The translations under genes were made by a program, and so were the position numbers. This document shows, piece after piece, positions 26,223 to 41,800 of a stretch of 64,000 bases of DNA. Location: positions 42,842,001-42,906,000 of the forward strand of contig OX597824.1 in the NCBI GenBank assembly GCA_951406725.2, read 5' to 3'. This DNA comes from Octopus vulgaris (lineage: Eukaryota). Each line of letters opens with the position of its first letter. Within the stretch, counting starts at the first letter, position 1. The notes under the pieces were generated by a model that saw nothing but the letters and a program-made list of their open reading frames with translations, searched no databases and was not told the origin of the DNA.

Positions 26223-29200
26223 AAGACGCATGGCTGTGCTTAGGGTGTTGCACTCATGATCACTTGACCATGGGTTAAATTCCAACTGGGTGGCACATAG
26301 TGTTCTTGAGCAAAACAATTCAATTCATGCTGCACCAGTCTCCCTTTCAATTAGGGGAGAATGTTGGCCTGCGCACCTAGCCAGCAGGGTGGCATCATTC
26401 AAAGGCTTAAACGATGCAAATCGCATTGAGACCAGTGATATGTAATAACATCTGATAGTCTGGTTAGTCACGTGATCATGTGTTATATACACACACATAT
26501 GCACTGCATATACTCAAGTAATAGTCGATTTCATGTAAAAGTCAATCCCCTATTTTTGGCCTAAAAACTGGGAATTTTCCATAGACCTAAGTATTTCACG
26601 GACAACAGGATATCTGTGGGTCAAGGTATCATTTAATTCTGTACGTAGAAATAATACTGTTACAAAATTGTGTGGCTACCTTATTCTAGCTTGCTTTATA
26701 GTTGGAATACTTGGTGCTTATAATGGAATCCTCAGTGCTTAAAGTAATAACCATGATATAGGGAGCACTGCACAAGTGTTGAATGGTGCTATATCACCAT
26801 TACTAAAATGTATGCAAAGGATATGCTGCAAGCCTGCATAAACCTTCAAGCACAATAAACACACGTATTATACACTCATTTACATGATGAGAAAAGAGGT
26901 TTCACAGATAGCACTATTGACAAACACTGGCAAATGCCACTGTCTGAATTCATACAAAGGCATGACTTTGGTAAGCCTAAAAACATTAATCACTAGATCA
27001 GTGGTTCCCATGTGACCTTTATATTTTCCTCATCTCCAAATACAATAAACACATGCATCATACATTCATCTGTTTGCATGGTGAGAAACGCATTTCACAG
27101 ACCACTATCGGTGAACAACAGCAAACACCACTGTATGAATCCATACAGAGGCATGACTTTGGTAAACCAAAAAACATTTAGTTAATTACTAGGTCAGTGG
27201 TTCCCAAACTTTTTTAGCCACGGATTCCTTCAACATTAATTTTAAAAACACGGAACCCCTGGGGTTTTGCAGAACGCACTTTGGGAATCCCTGCTCCAGA
27301 TTAACAACTCTACACCATATTATGGACATTTATGGGTAACTGCACATGACATCCTGCAATTTTTTTATTTTATTTCTATGGGGGACAACATATACACAGA
27401 ACATGACACACTTTACCTTAAGAATCATGTGGCGAATGCATTCCAAGAAATGGCAACTGATTGTGAGCATGAATATGATAGCACCTAGGCCAATCTGCAT
27501 TAACGTTATATCATGAGATATAAATTGATTTCACTTGACTAGTCTTTTAAATTTAATAGATACAAATAAAAGAGAAAGTGTAAATATCTATAAGAGCTAC
27601 ACAGTCTTATTTATGGGATTTTTATTTACTAGGATGTATGTTTTGATGCATAGAATTGGTAATATTACTGTAAGTCATTGTATTTTTGTTTTTATTTGCT
27701 CAGAGATTAGTTGGGCTTCTGCTGCTGATATGGTACTCGGGATTCTATCTTGAATTTCAGCCACTCTAAAGTAGTATCCATGCAATGGTCAACCCCATAA
27801 ATTTGACCTTAAAAAAAAATGATCTAAAAAATTCGACTTTTACTTGCTTCAGTCATGTGACAGCAGCTATGCTGGGGCACCACAGAAAAGAAACATCACT
27901 TCTCAGTATAATTACTGCTTTCATCTCTTATAGAGATTTTCTAACTAGCTAATTTGTTTGATCCATTACTCTTTTACTTGCTTCAGTCATTTGACTGCGG
28001 TCATGCTGGAGCACCGCCTTTAATCGAGCAACTCGACTCCGGAGACTTATTCTTTGTAAGCCCAGTACTTATTCTATCAGTCTCTTTTGCCGAACTGCTA
28101 AGTGACGGGGACATAAACACACCAGCATCGGTTGTCAAGCGATGTTGGGGGGACAAACACAGACATACACGCACACACACACATACATATATATATACAC
28201 ATATATACGACGGGCTTCTTTTCAGTTTCCGTCTACCAAATCCACTCACAAGGCTTTGGTTGGCCTGAGGCTATAGTAGAAGATACTTGCCCAAGGTGCC
28301 ACGCAGTGGGACTGAATCCAGAACCATGTGGTTGGTAAACAAGCTACTTACCACGCAGCCACTCATTTTTTTTTTTTTTTTACACAGGATGCCTTCTATA
28401 CAACCAGCTGAGGATATTCATATTCAAGAGTTTGTAAAAACCCTTCACAAAAAAAGTTATAAGTATCAGTTAATTCACTGCTAAAAAAATATGAGCTTTG
28501 GATGGAGATAGAAATCAAAGAACCAAAATAACTAAGGTGAATGACGGGAATGTAAACATTTTTTTTTAAATATATAAAAACAAATACCAGGTTTGTCTAA
28601 CTGGAGTTCATTTTGCTGACTGAGTTCAGTATCCATGTGATATGTAACAGTAGACAACTTTAGATTTTCTTTCTGATTATCATCACATTCTTTCTCAACA
28701 ATACTGTAAAAGAAATCAAGCAAGATCAACTCTTTCGCATTTAATCCTTCAGATTATTCTGTTAAATGTACGGCTTATTTATACACACATTTTGAATTAA
28801 CACATAGCTGCTACATGTACCACTGGGGCAGCTACATTTATGTATATATAGAGGAAGTTGCAGATGGAGAGGTTGCTGGGTTGAACCATGGAAATGGAGT
28901 GTTGGTAAATGTGGAAACATTTTGCTAATTGAGAGAACCATTGAATGGAGATGACAAGCTGGACTTGGGAACAATGGTTTTAAGGAGATGAACCTGCAAG
29001 AGGTTTCCAAAATTGGGTGGCATGATAATAAGGAAGCAAGTGTCATTGACACTAGAGGGAAAGGTGTGAGAAAGGTTATGATTAATGTGACACATGGGTA
29101 AAGAATGATGAGTAAACTGAAGAGAATGAAAAGGAGAAAGATTCTGTGGCTAAGACTATTGCTGAAAGAAAGAAAGAGAAAGACAAACAATGAACCACAG

Positions 29201-32200
29201 AGGAGAGAGGGATAATGCTAGTGATGGATGTTTTGAAGAGAAATGAGATGAAGTGGATAGGTCATGAGGAAGGATGAATGTGGCAGGGTAAAAGGAATGA
29301 GGGAAATGAATGAAAAAGGAAGTAGAGGAAGACAAAGAGAAACATGGTGAAAGATGATGGGGGAGGAAATCAAAAGTAAAGGGCTTAGTGAGCAGATATA
29401 AAGAGTTTAGGGCAAACTGGAGATGACAGTCAAGGTACCCAGAAGGCTAACCATAGAAATTTCTGTTATAGCTGTTGTAGAGCAATATGACTAGGATTGA
29501 GAAGTGTTCAGTACGTGCTTTGTGTAAAGTGAGACACAGCAACAACAGAAAAAGGTGAGAGAATATACAGCCTATTGGTGAATAAAGGAACGAGAGGTAG
29601 TAGTGATGTTGTCAGTAGCTACAATAAGGGGTTAAAGTATTTGTCTCATGATTCTAAGTTTATGAGTTCAATACCTAGTGGCAAGTTGTGTCCTTCAGCA
29701 AAGACACTTTATTCCACATTGCCCATGTCTACTGAGCCAGCAAAAACGTGTAGTACATACATGTATTTTAAAGGGCCAGTTTTGTTAGATTTTGTGACAA
29801 GCTGAAACATTACTGAGAACTATGTTAAGGGTACATGTGTCTGTGGGGTGCCAAGCAACTTGCATGCTAATTTCATGAGAGCAGGCTGTCCCATTGATCA
29901 GATCAACTGAAACAATCAATGTCATAACTGACAGAGTGCCAGTTAAATGCAATGAAAAGCTCTCAGAATAATAAAAATGAAGAGGGTGGTAGTGGTTGCA
30001 AGAATAGCAAGGGTACCTCATCAACAATAGCAACATCAGTAAAATAAGCAACAAAAACAAAAATAATTTACCTGATATTAACTTCTGTGTTTTGTTTCCG
30101 CCCCTTATTGACATTGGTGCTCTTTAATAATCTCTGCATGAGTAGATCTGTACCATGAGGTTGTTCAACTTCATCATCATCATCCAAATTGATAGCTTGG
30201 GTCAAACTACCACTCAGCTTTGGAGTGAAGCTGCAAACATCAGGGTCAAGCAATTCTAAAGGCAGGCACCTTTTCATTGACTTTTGGCTGGTCTCTCTCC
30301 TACTCGGAACAATCTCTGTATCTAATGATGATTCTGTTGCCTGGCTTTTTGTTGTTACTACTGCTGCTGCTGCTGTTGGTGGTGGTGGTGGTGTTGTTGT
30401 TGCAACTAGCTCAGCAGAAAGTGGCGCTTGAGTCTGTATTTGAAGTGATGGGGTGTATGCTGTCTGGTCCTGACTGTTAAGATCTGAACACAGCAATTCA
30501 TCCATGAAAGAGTCATCAGTTTGCATCATACCATTACTGTCCACAACCCAGCCAGAATTGTTATCAGTGCTAATGTCCATTGGTTTACTACTTGATGCAA
30601 TCTGCTCTCTATTAACATTACTATTTTTACTACCATCATCAATGCCATCTCCATTACTGTTATTACATTCTTCTTCTTCTTCAACAACCTTATCCACCAA
30701 TGTCTGGCTATGGTCGAATGAAATGTTTTCTGAATCAACAGGAATATCAGGGAGGTGGTTAGAGTCGTCTTCTGTATTTTTCGATAACAGATTTTTGGCC
30801 CTGACAAAAAGACTTGGTAACTCATCCAGTTCATCACCATCATCACAATCTATAGATTTTTCACCCTGTTTATTGTTCACTGAAGGCTCCAAGTCTTTGA
30901 TGCCAGTAAAAGATAAGGAAGAAACTCCCTGACAAGACACACTACCATCTGTTGTCTTAGACTGTTCACTGGCCTCATTGCCATCATCAACTGATTCAGT
31001 TTCTTTCAATAACGAGTCAATGTTTTCAGCATAGGAGACAGATTTGAACATAACTGAGTCATTCTCAATAGTGTCTTGGACAAACTTTACTTTCCTGTCA
31101 AACACAGATAAGAGAGAAAAAGTTAACAAAACAAAAAGATTAGCATCAGTTTCACTATTGTTAGCATCAACATTGTTTTTAAGTTCATTTTTTTCATGCT
31201 TGCAAGGACCAGATGGAATTTGCCCTGAGGTAGATTTTCTATGGCTAACATTTTCCCAGTGGAATGACACTACTTGTAGGATGGTGGTGTTCATTTACAG
31301 CTAACACATGTCAAAACACCAGTTGTCATGCAGGATGAATAAATACAAAACACATATGTATACCTACAGGTGGCAAATAAAAAACACCATTTGAGCATGG
31401 CCGTTGCCAGTACCGATTGATTGGCCCTCATGCCGGTGGTACGTAAAAGCACCCACTACACTCTTGGAGTGGTTGGCGTTAGGAGCCTGGTGTAGCCATC
31501 TGGTTCGCCAGTCCTCAATCAAATCGTCCAACCCATGCTAGCATGGAAAGCAGATGTTAAACGATCATGATGATGACTACATCTACCAACATTATGATGA
31601 ACTTATAACATCTTACTTCTTTAATTTTCTCTGTTGTTTATGAAAGTTTCTTATATTAATATAGAAATATATATTTATACTTAAATATTTGTCTGAAAGT
31701 CTCATTTTGCATATATATATTGTATTTCATACCCATATTTAATATAGGAACTTTATTACTTTAGTACCTAAAACATAATTGCTATTTAATCGGAATAAAA
31801 TTTCTTCAAATCCTTAAAAAATATAAGAATGTATGGAGTAGCCAGCTGTCTTTAAAAACAAGCTTACAGATCATTCCATAACAACTTTTATGATCTATGG
31901 ATATTAGAAAGGAGGGGGCTGTACAAGAATCTGTCTTATCATATCATCCATACTTTTGAAATCCGTCTATGTATGACATGTCATTACCTTCAATTAAACT
32001 ATATACAGATGACATCATCCAATACAGACAACATTACAATGTTGCCCTTTTGCTTTACATTACGCACAGCAAGCAATACTAGATGGAGTATCAAGTCAAC
32101 TAATTATAATTTATCAACTGCTCACATTCCCTACATTTAAAATGTGCAAACTTGTGCTAATATAAGAAGTGCAAACTTGTGCTAATATAAGAAATTCAAA

Positions 32201-35200
32201 CTGGCAGAATTGTTAAAGCATCAGAAAAATATTTCTTATCCAGTGAGAGTCTACCCAAACTTGTGAGTTTGTATATCATCATTATCATTTGGCATCTGTT
32301 TTTCATGCTAGCATGTTTAAAATGATTTAATAGGAGCTCATAAGCTAGAGAGCAGTACAAAGCTCATTTGTTTTGGCTTGGTTTCTATGGCTAGCTGGTC
32401 TTCTTAATGCCAACCACTCCACAGAGTGTATTGGGTGCCTTTTGCATGTCACCAGTATGAAGGCTTTTTACATGCCAACAGCACAGGAGCCTTTTGTGTC
32501 ACTGGCACTAGGACCTTTTACAGGTCACTGCATGGGGGCTGTTTATATGTCACTAGCACAAGGGCCATTTACATGCTACTGGCATGGGTGCCTTTCACAT
32601 GTCATCAGCACTGGCCATGACCATGATTTCACTTAGCTTGATGTGTCTTCATTCCAACATTTAAATTAACAATCTCGAATAATTTTGCTACAGGAATTAT
32701 CTTCAGATGCAGTTACTTACTCAGATATTATCTATCCTTCCTGAGACAAGATTAAACAAACTAAGGAAAGCTTTACAATATAGCATAACAATTTAAAGTA
32801 AGGATAAGGACACTAAAAATAATAATTCTTTCTACAAGAGGCACAAAGCTTAAATTTTCGGTGGGGGCTAGTTGATTACATCAACTCTAGTGTTCGATTG
32901 GTATGGTACTCACTTTATTGACCTTGAAAGAATGAAAGGCAAAGATGAGCTGAGTAAAGTTTGAACTCAGAACAATAAAGCCAGAAGTACCACTAAGCAT
33001 TTTCATTTTATCTGGCATGATAATGACTCTACCAATTCGCCACCTCTATGCTAGAAATAATAGTTATTTTTTAATAAATAATAATGCTTTTTACAGATCA
33101 GTCCTTAGCTCTTGTTTCAACGTTTTAAAAATAAAATAAGAGATAAAAAATATCTGGGATAAATATCTTGTAGAGACATATTAATAGTTGTTTACTTACA
33201 GTTTCTCATTAGCTGCACATGAATGCAAAGCCCGGTACTGTTGCTGTTTGCGGGCAGCTCGATTCAGAAAGACATTGAGGGACTTTGAAACTGGCTGATG
33301 GTATGGAAGGTTGACATTCGATTCTAAAATGGGATATAACAGTATATAATTTAGGTATTGTGTGGAGCCATGTGTATGAGAAAGATGGGAAGGGAGAGAG
33401 AAAACCAGAGGGAAAGAGAAGGGGGAGGAAGAGAAAAAAGAAGAGGGAGCAAGAAGGGGAGGGTGGAGAGAGGAGGGAAGGAGAGAGAAAAGAGAGCAGG
33501 TGGAAGGAAAGGGAGGAGGGGAGAGAGAGAGAAAAGAGGAGGGGGAAGGAGCAGAGAGACAGAGATTGTGTATTAGTCTATATTCTTTAAATGGTTAAAA
33601 CCATTTTCATTCTGGCTTTATTGGATCAGAAAACAAGTGTGTGTATTTTATCCTTTTACTTGTTTCAATCATTGGACTGTGGCCATGCTGGGATACAACT
33701 TAGAGAGGTTTAGTTGAACAAATGAACTCCATTTCTTACTTTAAGTCTGGTACTTATTCAAAGAGTCCTTTTTTTAATTCTTTTTTTCATTTTAGTCTAA
33801 CAATTTAGTTGTTGCTACATAACTAAACCAACAGCTGTTGTTAAACACAGGAATGGGGAACACACACACACAATGATCATCCACACAGATTCATCATCAT
33901 CATTTAACGTCCACTTTCCATGCTAGCATGGGTTGGACGGTTCAACTGGGGTCTGGGGAGCCCGAAGGCTGCACCAGGCCAGTCAGATCTGGCAGTGTTT
34001 CTACAGCTGGATGCCCTTCCTAACGCCAACCACTCCGAGAGTGTAGTGGGTGATTTTATGTGCCACCGACACAGGTGCCAGACGAGGCTGGCGACCAGCC
34101 ACACTCGGATGGTGTTTTTTATGTGCCACCGACACAGGTGCCAGACGAGGCTGGCAGACGGCCACGCTCAGATGGTGTTTTTATGTGCCACCGACACAGG
34201 TGCCAGATGAGGCTGGCGAACGGCCACGATCGGATGGTGTTTGTTACGTGCCCACAGCACGGAGGCCAGTCGATGCGGTACTGGCTACGGCCACGTTCGG
34301 ATGGTTTTCTTGTATGCCACCGACACTGGTACCACAAAGATACAAATTCCATTGATGTTCATCTATTTTGATTTGTTTTGATTTGATTTGAATTGATTTT
34401 GATTTTCACTTGCCTCAACATGTCTTCACAAGATGTTCATCTATTTTGATTTGTTTTGATTTGATTTGATTTGATTTTGATTTTCTCTTGCCTCAACAGG
34501 TCTTCACTTCTACTAAATTCATTAGGCTTTGGTTGACCCACAGCTACAGATACCTGCCCAAGATGTCATGCAGTGAGAGTGAACTTCAAACCACACAGTT
34601 GCAAATAAAGCTTCTCAACTACATCTCTACGACTTTGCCTGCATCTAAATTATTCCCTCGCCAATTCAGTATCTTTTTGTTTTCATGGGTGCAACACCTT
34701 TCATACACACACAGTAACAAAGGAATACAGCCAAATTCAGTGCTTTTTATGTGAACCTACCACAGGGGTTCTCAAACATTTTTTAACTATGGACCCCTTT
34801 AATTACTATTCTATTCTGTTGGACCCCCAAAACCATTTGAGGTTTAAAAACTAGTTTTATAGAAACTTCTTTCAAAATTCCTACTTTGTTTTTCACACAT
34901 TAACTTATGTAGGTTAGAGATAGAAATCAAACTGTTTCTTGCAATACATAACACATACATCTAAAGCAATTTTTTTTCAGGGGCCCTTAAAATACTGTTG
35001 TGGATCCCCAGTTTACTATTTTGTTGTGTGGACCCCAAAAAATCTTATATGGACCCTTAGGGACCCTCGTTGAGAACCACTGATCTAGCATGTTTGGTAT
35101 TGGGGTCAATTTGTTTCACTAAAAGCGCTTCAAGGTAATACCCCAGCATGGCGATAGTCTAATGACTGAAACAAATAAAAGAATAAAAGACAAAAAATAT

Positions 35201-38200
35201 ATTCTGAAGAATAAAAAAAAAATGTATCCCAAGTCTATGTCCACACCACAGTACAGCACTGAGAGCCAACATTCAGTATAGTTCGCTAGGGTCAACCCAC
35301 AGTAAAGCATACCACTACACATTTACAGCACAACAGAGAAAAAAAAAAAGCATAAAGACTGCTAGGAGCTGGATGTTGCTTAACCAAAAATCAGCCCTGA
35401 TTGAGGCAAGCTGGCAGAAACATTAGCATGCCGGGCGAAATGTTTAGCGATATTTCGTCTGCTGTTACGTTCAGAGTTCAAATTCCGCCGAGGTCGACTT
35501 TGCCTTTCATCCTTTCAGGGTCGATAAATTAAGTACCAGTTACGTACTGGGGTCGATGTAATCGACTTAATCCCTTTGTGTGTCTTTGTTTGTCCCCTCT
35601 ATGTTTAGCCCCTTGTGGGCAATAAAGAAATAAGAAATTAGCCCTGATTGAGCAGGTCCACATATAAGCAAAGGTGTTACAGCTATGGCCATCTCATCCT
35701 GTTGAAAATAACTAATATAACCAGTTGTTTTTAAGACACTAAAGGAGATTTGGTTACTATGTTTGCGACAAAGGACCGAGATAACTGACAACTTGCTGTA
35801 CTCAAGAAGACCCGTACTCTGCAGAAGTGTTAAGACTAGTCCCACTAGTGGTGTAAAGTACTCGCAATGGTGCCACATAAAAGCACCCAAATGGTGCCAT
35901 GTAAAAGCACTCAGCACACTCTGTAAAGTGGTTAACATTAGGAAGGGCAGCCATCTGTAAAAAAACCATGCCAAATCAGACTGGAGTATGGTACAGCCCT
36001 CCCTCCCCCAGCCCATTGCCAGCTCTGGTCAAACTGTCCAACCCATGCCAGCAAGAACAATGGACGTTAAATGATGATGATGATGTTTAGCAAGTCAAGC
36101 AACCACTTAGGGACTGCTTCAGATAGGAAGTTGGAAGAAGGGACATAGTTGTTCGTACTCTGGCACCAAACCCATTTGTGGCTAAAGTTCTCAACTTTCC
36201 AATCTTTCTGTATATTTAGCATGTAAATAGGTAACTTATTAGTGCCGAATTTAATTATTTGAGTCCAAGGTTAAATAGTTGCAGAGCGACAGCAACTTGA
36301 TCACCTACAGCCCTGATTCTGCTGTGGAAATCACCAGAAGTTGCTGACATACAAACAAGCCAATGTAGGATCCTCTATATGGTTGCGCAACCAGCAACAA
36401 ATAGTGGCCAAATTTTATTCTTTCAACTGCAGGATATACGGATACATCTGATAATGTAACCATAGATATGTTTGCAAAAACAACACAGGATGGTCACATC
36501 AGAAATGACTTTGACATAGGTTTACTCTGACCATAACAAGGTGAGGATAAACAATTACTTGAAACACCCTCACACACAAACCAGCCCCAAAGTAGAAAAT
36601 ATGTATAGGAGTGGCTGTGCGGTAAGTAGCTTGCTTACCACATGGTTCCAGGTTCAGCCCCACTATGTAGCATCCTGGACTAGTGTCTTGTACTATAGCC
36701 TCGGGCCGGCCAAAGCCTTGTGAGTGGATTTGGTAGACAGAAACTGAAAGAAGCCCATCGTGTGTGTGTGTGTGTGTGCGCGTTTGTATGCCTGTGTTTG
36801 TCACCCGCAACTTCGCTTGACAACTGATGCTGGTGTTTACATCCCTGTAACTTAGCAGTTTGGCAAAAGAGACCAATAGAATAAGTACTAGGCTTACAAA
36901 GAATAAGTCCTGGGGTCAATTTGCTTGACTAAAGGCGGTGTTCCAGCATGGCCACAGTCAAATGACTGAAACAAGTAAAAGAGTAAAAGAGAGTATCCAG
37001 CAACACATCCTCCCCATCATACATACAAAAACACCAATCAGCCTAAAACAGCTAGTTATCCACCCCCAACCATACAACACCGTTGATGAATAGAATACTT
37101 ACCTCTAATGAGGCGCTGTGTCTCACTATGAAGCTCAAGTAGATCATTATTTGCCTTAGTCTTTGAGGCTCTTTCTTTCCGTGGTTGTTTGGTAGCACCC
37201 TGTAAAATGCAAGTAAGCACTGGTTAATGTTTTATAGTAATATGGGCAACAGCATACAGAAAAGAGTGTAAAGGGGTTAAAAGAAAACAAAAAGAGTACT
37301 GAGGTACAGAACCAAACATTTAAGGAATTTTTAAGTTGACATGTTTAACTCTTTTGTTACCGTATTTACTTTTGAGATGCTCTGTGTTTCTTTCGATTAA
37401 TTTTAAATATAACAAAGAATTTAGTAAAATAACTTAGTTATCATTAAGCTGGTGTTAGGAACATAAATTGTGACTAAGGTCTGGTGGAAGATTTTAATTA
37501 AAAACTTATGAAAACAAGACATTTGTACCACAGAGCCAGAGCCGCTTTCAGCCGGGTTGGTAACGAAAGGGTTAAGACTTTTAAATTTATCAGAAACCAA
37601 ATAAAGTCACTGAAGCGGGTTTATATTGTGTCACTCCAATTTGCTCAACCCTCCTCCTCCAACTATCACTGAAAGTGACCAGTCCTCCCCACCCATTAAT
37701 CACTACGTCAAACCCTTTATCTCCAGAACACTAATCTCTGGAATTGTTTCCTTGCCCACGTTCTCCATACTACCATTAACTTACAGTTATTCAAAGAGGA
37801 ATTAATAGATGTTATTTTCCAAGGAAAACACAAAGACCTAGCTTTCACTAAAACAACAGTGCTAATGTAAATGCAAGCAAAATTTGTTTTAAATGAAAAA
37901 TAATGACAGATATAACCAAAACAACATCAGTAGCAATAATGACAGGATAAAAAAAAGGCAGCGAGTTGGCACACCAGGCAAAATGCTTGGTGGTATTTTG
38001 TCTGCCTTTACATTCCGAATTCAAATTCTGCCAAAGTCGACTTTGTGTTTTATACTTTCAGGGTCGATAAATTAAGTACCAGTTGCATACTGGGGGGGGT
38101 CAATCTAATTGACTTGCCCCCTCCCCAAAAATTTTGGGCCGCATGCCTAGAGTAGAAAAGAATAATGATAGGGTAAAAAGAAAAAAAAGAAAAGAAAAAG

Positions 38201-38847
38201 ATACCTTTTTCAGTTTAGCCTTCAGTTTTGCTGTTAGCTTAATTGCACTGAAACCTTCATCATCATCATCATCTTCATCATCTCCATTGCTGTCTCTGCC
38301 CATATCGCTATCCTCCTTCTGTCCCATTTCATCACCACTACTATCACTGTTCTTTTCATGGCTGTTACTAAACACTGCAAGATAATATAACAAAGATTCT
38401 ATCAAACAAAATATATCAGTGTATTTGAGTGGAGGAGAATTTAATAGTGAATGTCATGGAGAGAGAATAGAGAGCAAGAGGAAATGTGAGATAGTTCTAC
38501 AGTGAGCTATGAAATAATTAGCTTAAATCCTACTGAGATACCATGCTCACCTTTCAAACCTCCCACACATCCAAGTGCAACATAACAAGTGGGCAGACAA
38601 TATTATAAATAGCAATCAATCGTTATACATGTATTTTTTTATTATTTTGTTTTTAGTCACCTGACTGTGGCCATACTAGAGCACTGTTTTGAAGGGTCTT
38701 AGTTGAACAAATCAACCTCAAGACTTATTTTTTTTAAGCCTAGTACTTATTTTATCGGTCTCTTTTTCCAAGCTGCTAGGTTACAGGGATGTAAACACAG
38801 CAACATCAGTTGTCAAGTGGTGATGGGGGTCAAACACAGACACAGAG

Positions 38848-38890
<43 letters not shown>

Positions 38891-41800
38891 TATATAAATA
38901 TATACAACCATGTAGTAGGTAAAAAAGCTTCTTGCCACACAGCTACACCTGCACCAATATATATATAGTCATAAGAGTGGCTGTGTGGTAAGTAGCTTGC
39001 TTACGAACCACATGGTTCCAGGTTCAGTCCCACTGCACGGCACCCTTGGGCAAGTGTCTTCTACTATAGCCTTGGGCTGACCAAAGCCTTGTGAGTGGAT
39101 TTGGTAGACGGAAACTGAAAGCCCATCGTATGTATGCATGTATATGTATCATCATCATCATCATCGTTTAACGTCCGTTTTCCGCGCTAGCACAGGTTGG
39201 ACGGTTCGACCAGAGTCTGGGAAGCCAGGGGCTGCACCAGGCTCCAGTCTGATCTGGTAGAGTTTCTACAGCTGGATGCCCTTCCTAACGCCAACCACTC
39301 TGCGAGTGTAGTGGGTGCTTTTTATGTGCCACCTGCACAGGTGCCAGGCGGGGTCCGGCATCGGCCACAATCGGTTGGAGCTTTTAACGTGCCACCGGCA
39401 CGGAAGCCAGCCAAGGCAGCGCTGGCAGCGGCCACATTCGGATGGTGCTTTTTATGTGCCACCGGCACTGGAGCCAGTCGAGGCAGCGCAGGCATCGGCC
39501 ACGTTCGGACGGTGCTTTTTACGTGCCACCGGCACAGGTATCACAACTACTATTTCCATTGATATTTATTTCGATGTTCATGTTCATGTACTTGACTCAA
39601 CAGGTCTCCTTGTAACTATATATATATATATATATGTATGTATATGTGCGTGTGTGTGTGTTTGTATGCCTGTGTTTGTCACCTGCAGCATCGCTGGTGT
39701 TTATGTCCCTGTAACTTAGCAGTTTGGCAAAAGAGACCGATAGAATAAGTACAATGCGTACAAAGAATAAGTCCTGGGATCAATTAACTCGACTAAAGGT
39801 GGTGCTCCAGCATGGCGACAGGCAATGGACTGAAACAAATAAAAGAGTATATATATATATATATATCATCATTTAACACTCATCTATGGTGGCATGGAAG
39901 AAGTGCAAAATAAGTTTACAAGCATGCCTTTTTAGTAAACATATATTTAGTCTCAGTGGAAAGGTAACGACTTAGATTCACCAACAGAGCAGTGGGGAAA
40001 GGACTCTTTCTTAGTGGTCAAAAGAAGAGGTTGATTAGAACAGTTTCAGTTTTTGACAAAGCATTATCACCAGAAATCAATAATAATTTGGTCCCACAGA
40101 GACTAACAGTATAAAGTTATTCATAGAATACACCAATCTGGACAAACTTTAATTGGTGTGTGTAATCTCATTTTCTTCACAGCAAGGCTAAATATCTGTT
40201 TACATAAAAACATATTTACAATTCTGCTCATAATATTCTTATGTAGTGCTTGTTTCTCAACCACATGGTTCTGAGGTTTATCCTACTGTGTGGCACCTTG
40301 AGAGCAAGTATCTTCTACCATAGGCTATTCAAAGCCATTTGAGTGGATTTGTGGATAGAAACTAAAAGAAGCATGCATGTGTGTGTGTGTATGTCTCTCC
40401 TTGTCTTCTTAACATCACTTGATAATTGCAAATGATTGTCATTGTTTTTTATTTTCAACATTGAGCAAAAACATAGCTCGCCTGGAAAGAGGTAGGTTGG
40501 CAACAGGAAGGGCATCCAGCTTCAGCAAATTCTGTTTGGTTCATGCAAGAATGGTTGTGGATACTAAAATGATGATGCCACTTGCTTTGTTCATTGTCTG
40601 CTCTAATCTGGTAACTTCTTATCTTCATCATCTACCCTCTCATACAAGATAACACTTTACAAGAATAGATTTAAAGGCTTAAAGGCAGTATTTGGTTTTA
40701 ACACCCCATTTAACCCTTCAGCTTTTTGATTTTTTGGAATTTTCAGAAAGTTTTTTGGAATTTTGTGTTCTACACACCAGAATTAAAATGATTATACAAA
40801 ATAAAATATTTTTTGCGTGATTTGTGGGTGATTTAGCTGATATTTTTAGCATATCACAACCACCTGATACCTTCCTTGTTTCTTTGTCACTCTGATCCAT
40901 ATGTTTTGCAGTATCTTTCTCCTCATAAACACATTTAATGGTCCATTGCTGAGATTTAATCAAATCCCGTATTTTAAACTGATTTCAAAACAAAAATTCA
41001 CAAAAGAGTGGAAATTTAAAGATTTATGTGGGGTGGGGTGAGCTTAATTTTTTTTTTTAATAATCATATGAATTCATGTGTGTAGAACACGAATTCACAA
41101 AATTTTTCTGAAAATTCCAAAAATTAAAAAGATTATAAGGGGTCATATGGGATGCTTAAACCAAAATTCCACTGGCTTAAAAAAACCATAACATTTCTAA
41201 GACTCTTGAAACTAGCTTATTACAACAACAAACATGTGACTGAAGCTATACAACACACTCCATACTTTGGCCCATAGATATGCTGTCTCTCCATGAGGTC
41301 AATTCTACTACAACTAAAGTTGCCACTGATTGTCAAAGAAGGCTTATAGGTTGTTACCTCCATTCAGACCTAACCAACTTGCTATATTCCTCCTTCTGCT
41401 CCATCCAACCTTGCCCTTATTAACTACTCTGCCTAGCCCTTTCTCTCCAGAACCCTATTCACTGAAATTTCCATTATTCACAACCATGCTTTTGATATGA
41501 CCAAGGAGAACATCTGTTGCATATATCTGACAGGTTATATGTGGAAGGCCTGTAAAAGCCATTGGAACACCAAACAACTAAACCATTATTAAAAGAAAAA
41601 AGTAAGAATTGCATTTAACAACAACAAGGTTAACATAATCAACTCACCATTGTCATGGAAACTGTCTTTGGCTTTTTTCTGTGATGATGTCTAGAAAAAT
41701 AGAGATCAAGTGAATTACGATTGGAAATGATGGTGTAAAGATATCAATGTACATTTATGGCTGGTAGTAGTAATAAAAGTGGCAAGCTGGCAGAATCATT

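Noticed and set aside
30485-30515. MDELLCSD in exon 10 as an extra Chk1-binding repeat
   Set aside because: Lacks GxF and lies far from the Chk1-binding region.
30189-30932. Plus-strand ORFs over the large exon
   Set aside because: Antisense shadows of Claspin exon 10.
34050-34330. CRISPR-like appearance (palindromic direct repeats with spacers)
   Set aside because: The spacers are homologous to each other, the array lies inside a multi-copy retroelement, the DNA is eukaryotic and there are no cas genes.
34354-34508. ~75-bp direct duplication (also a 25-bp one at 32140-32195)
   Set aside because: Ordinary slippage-type duplications with no sign of function.
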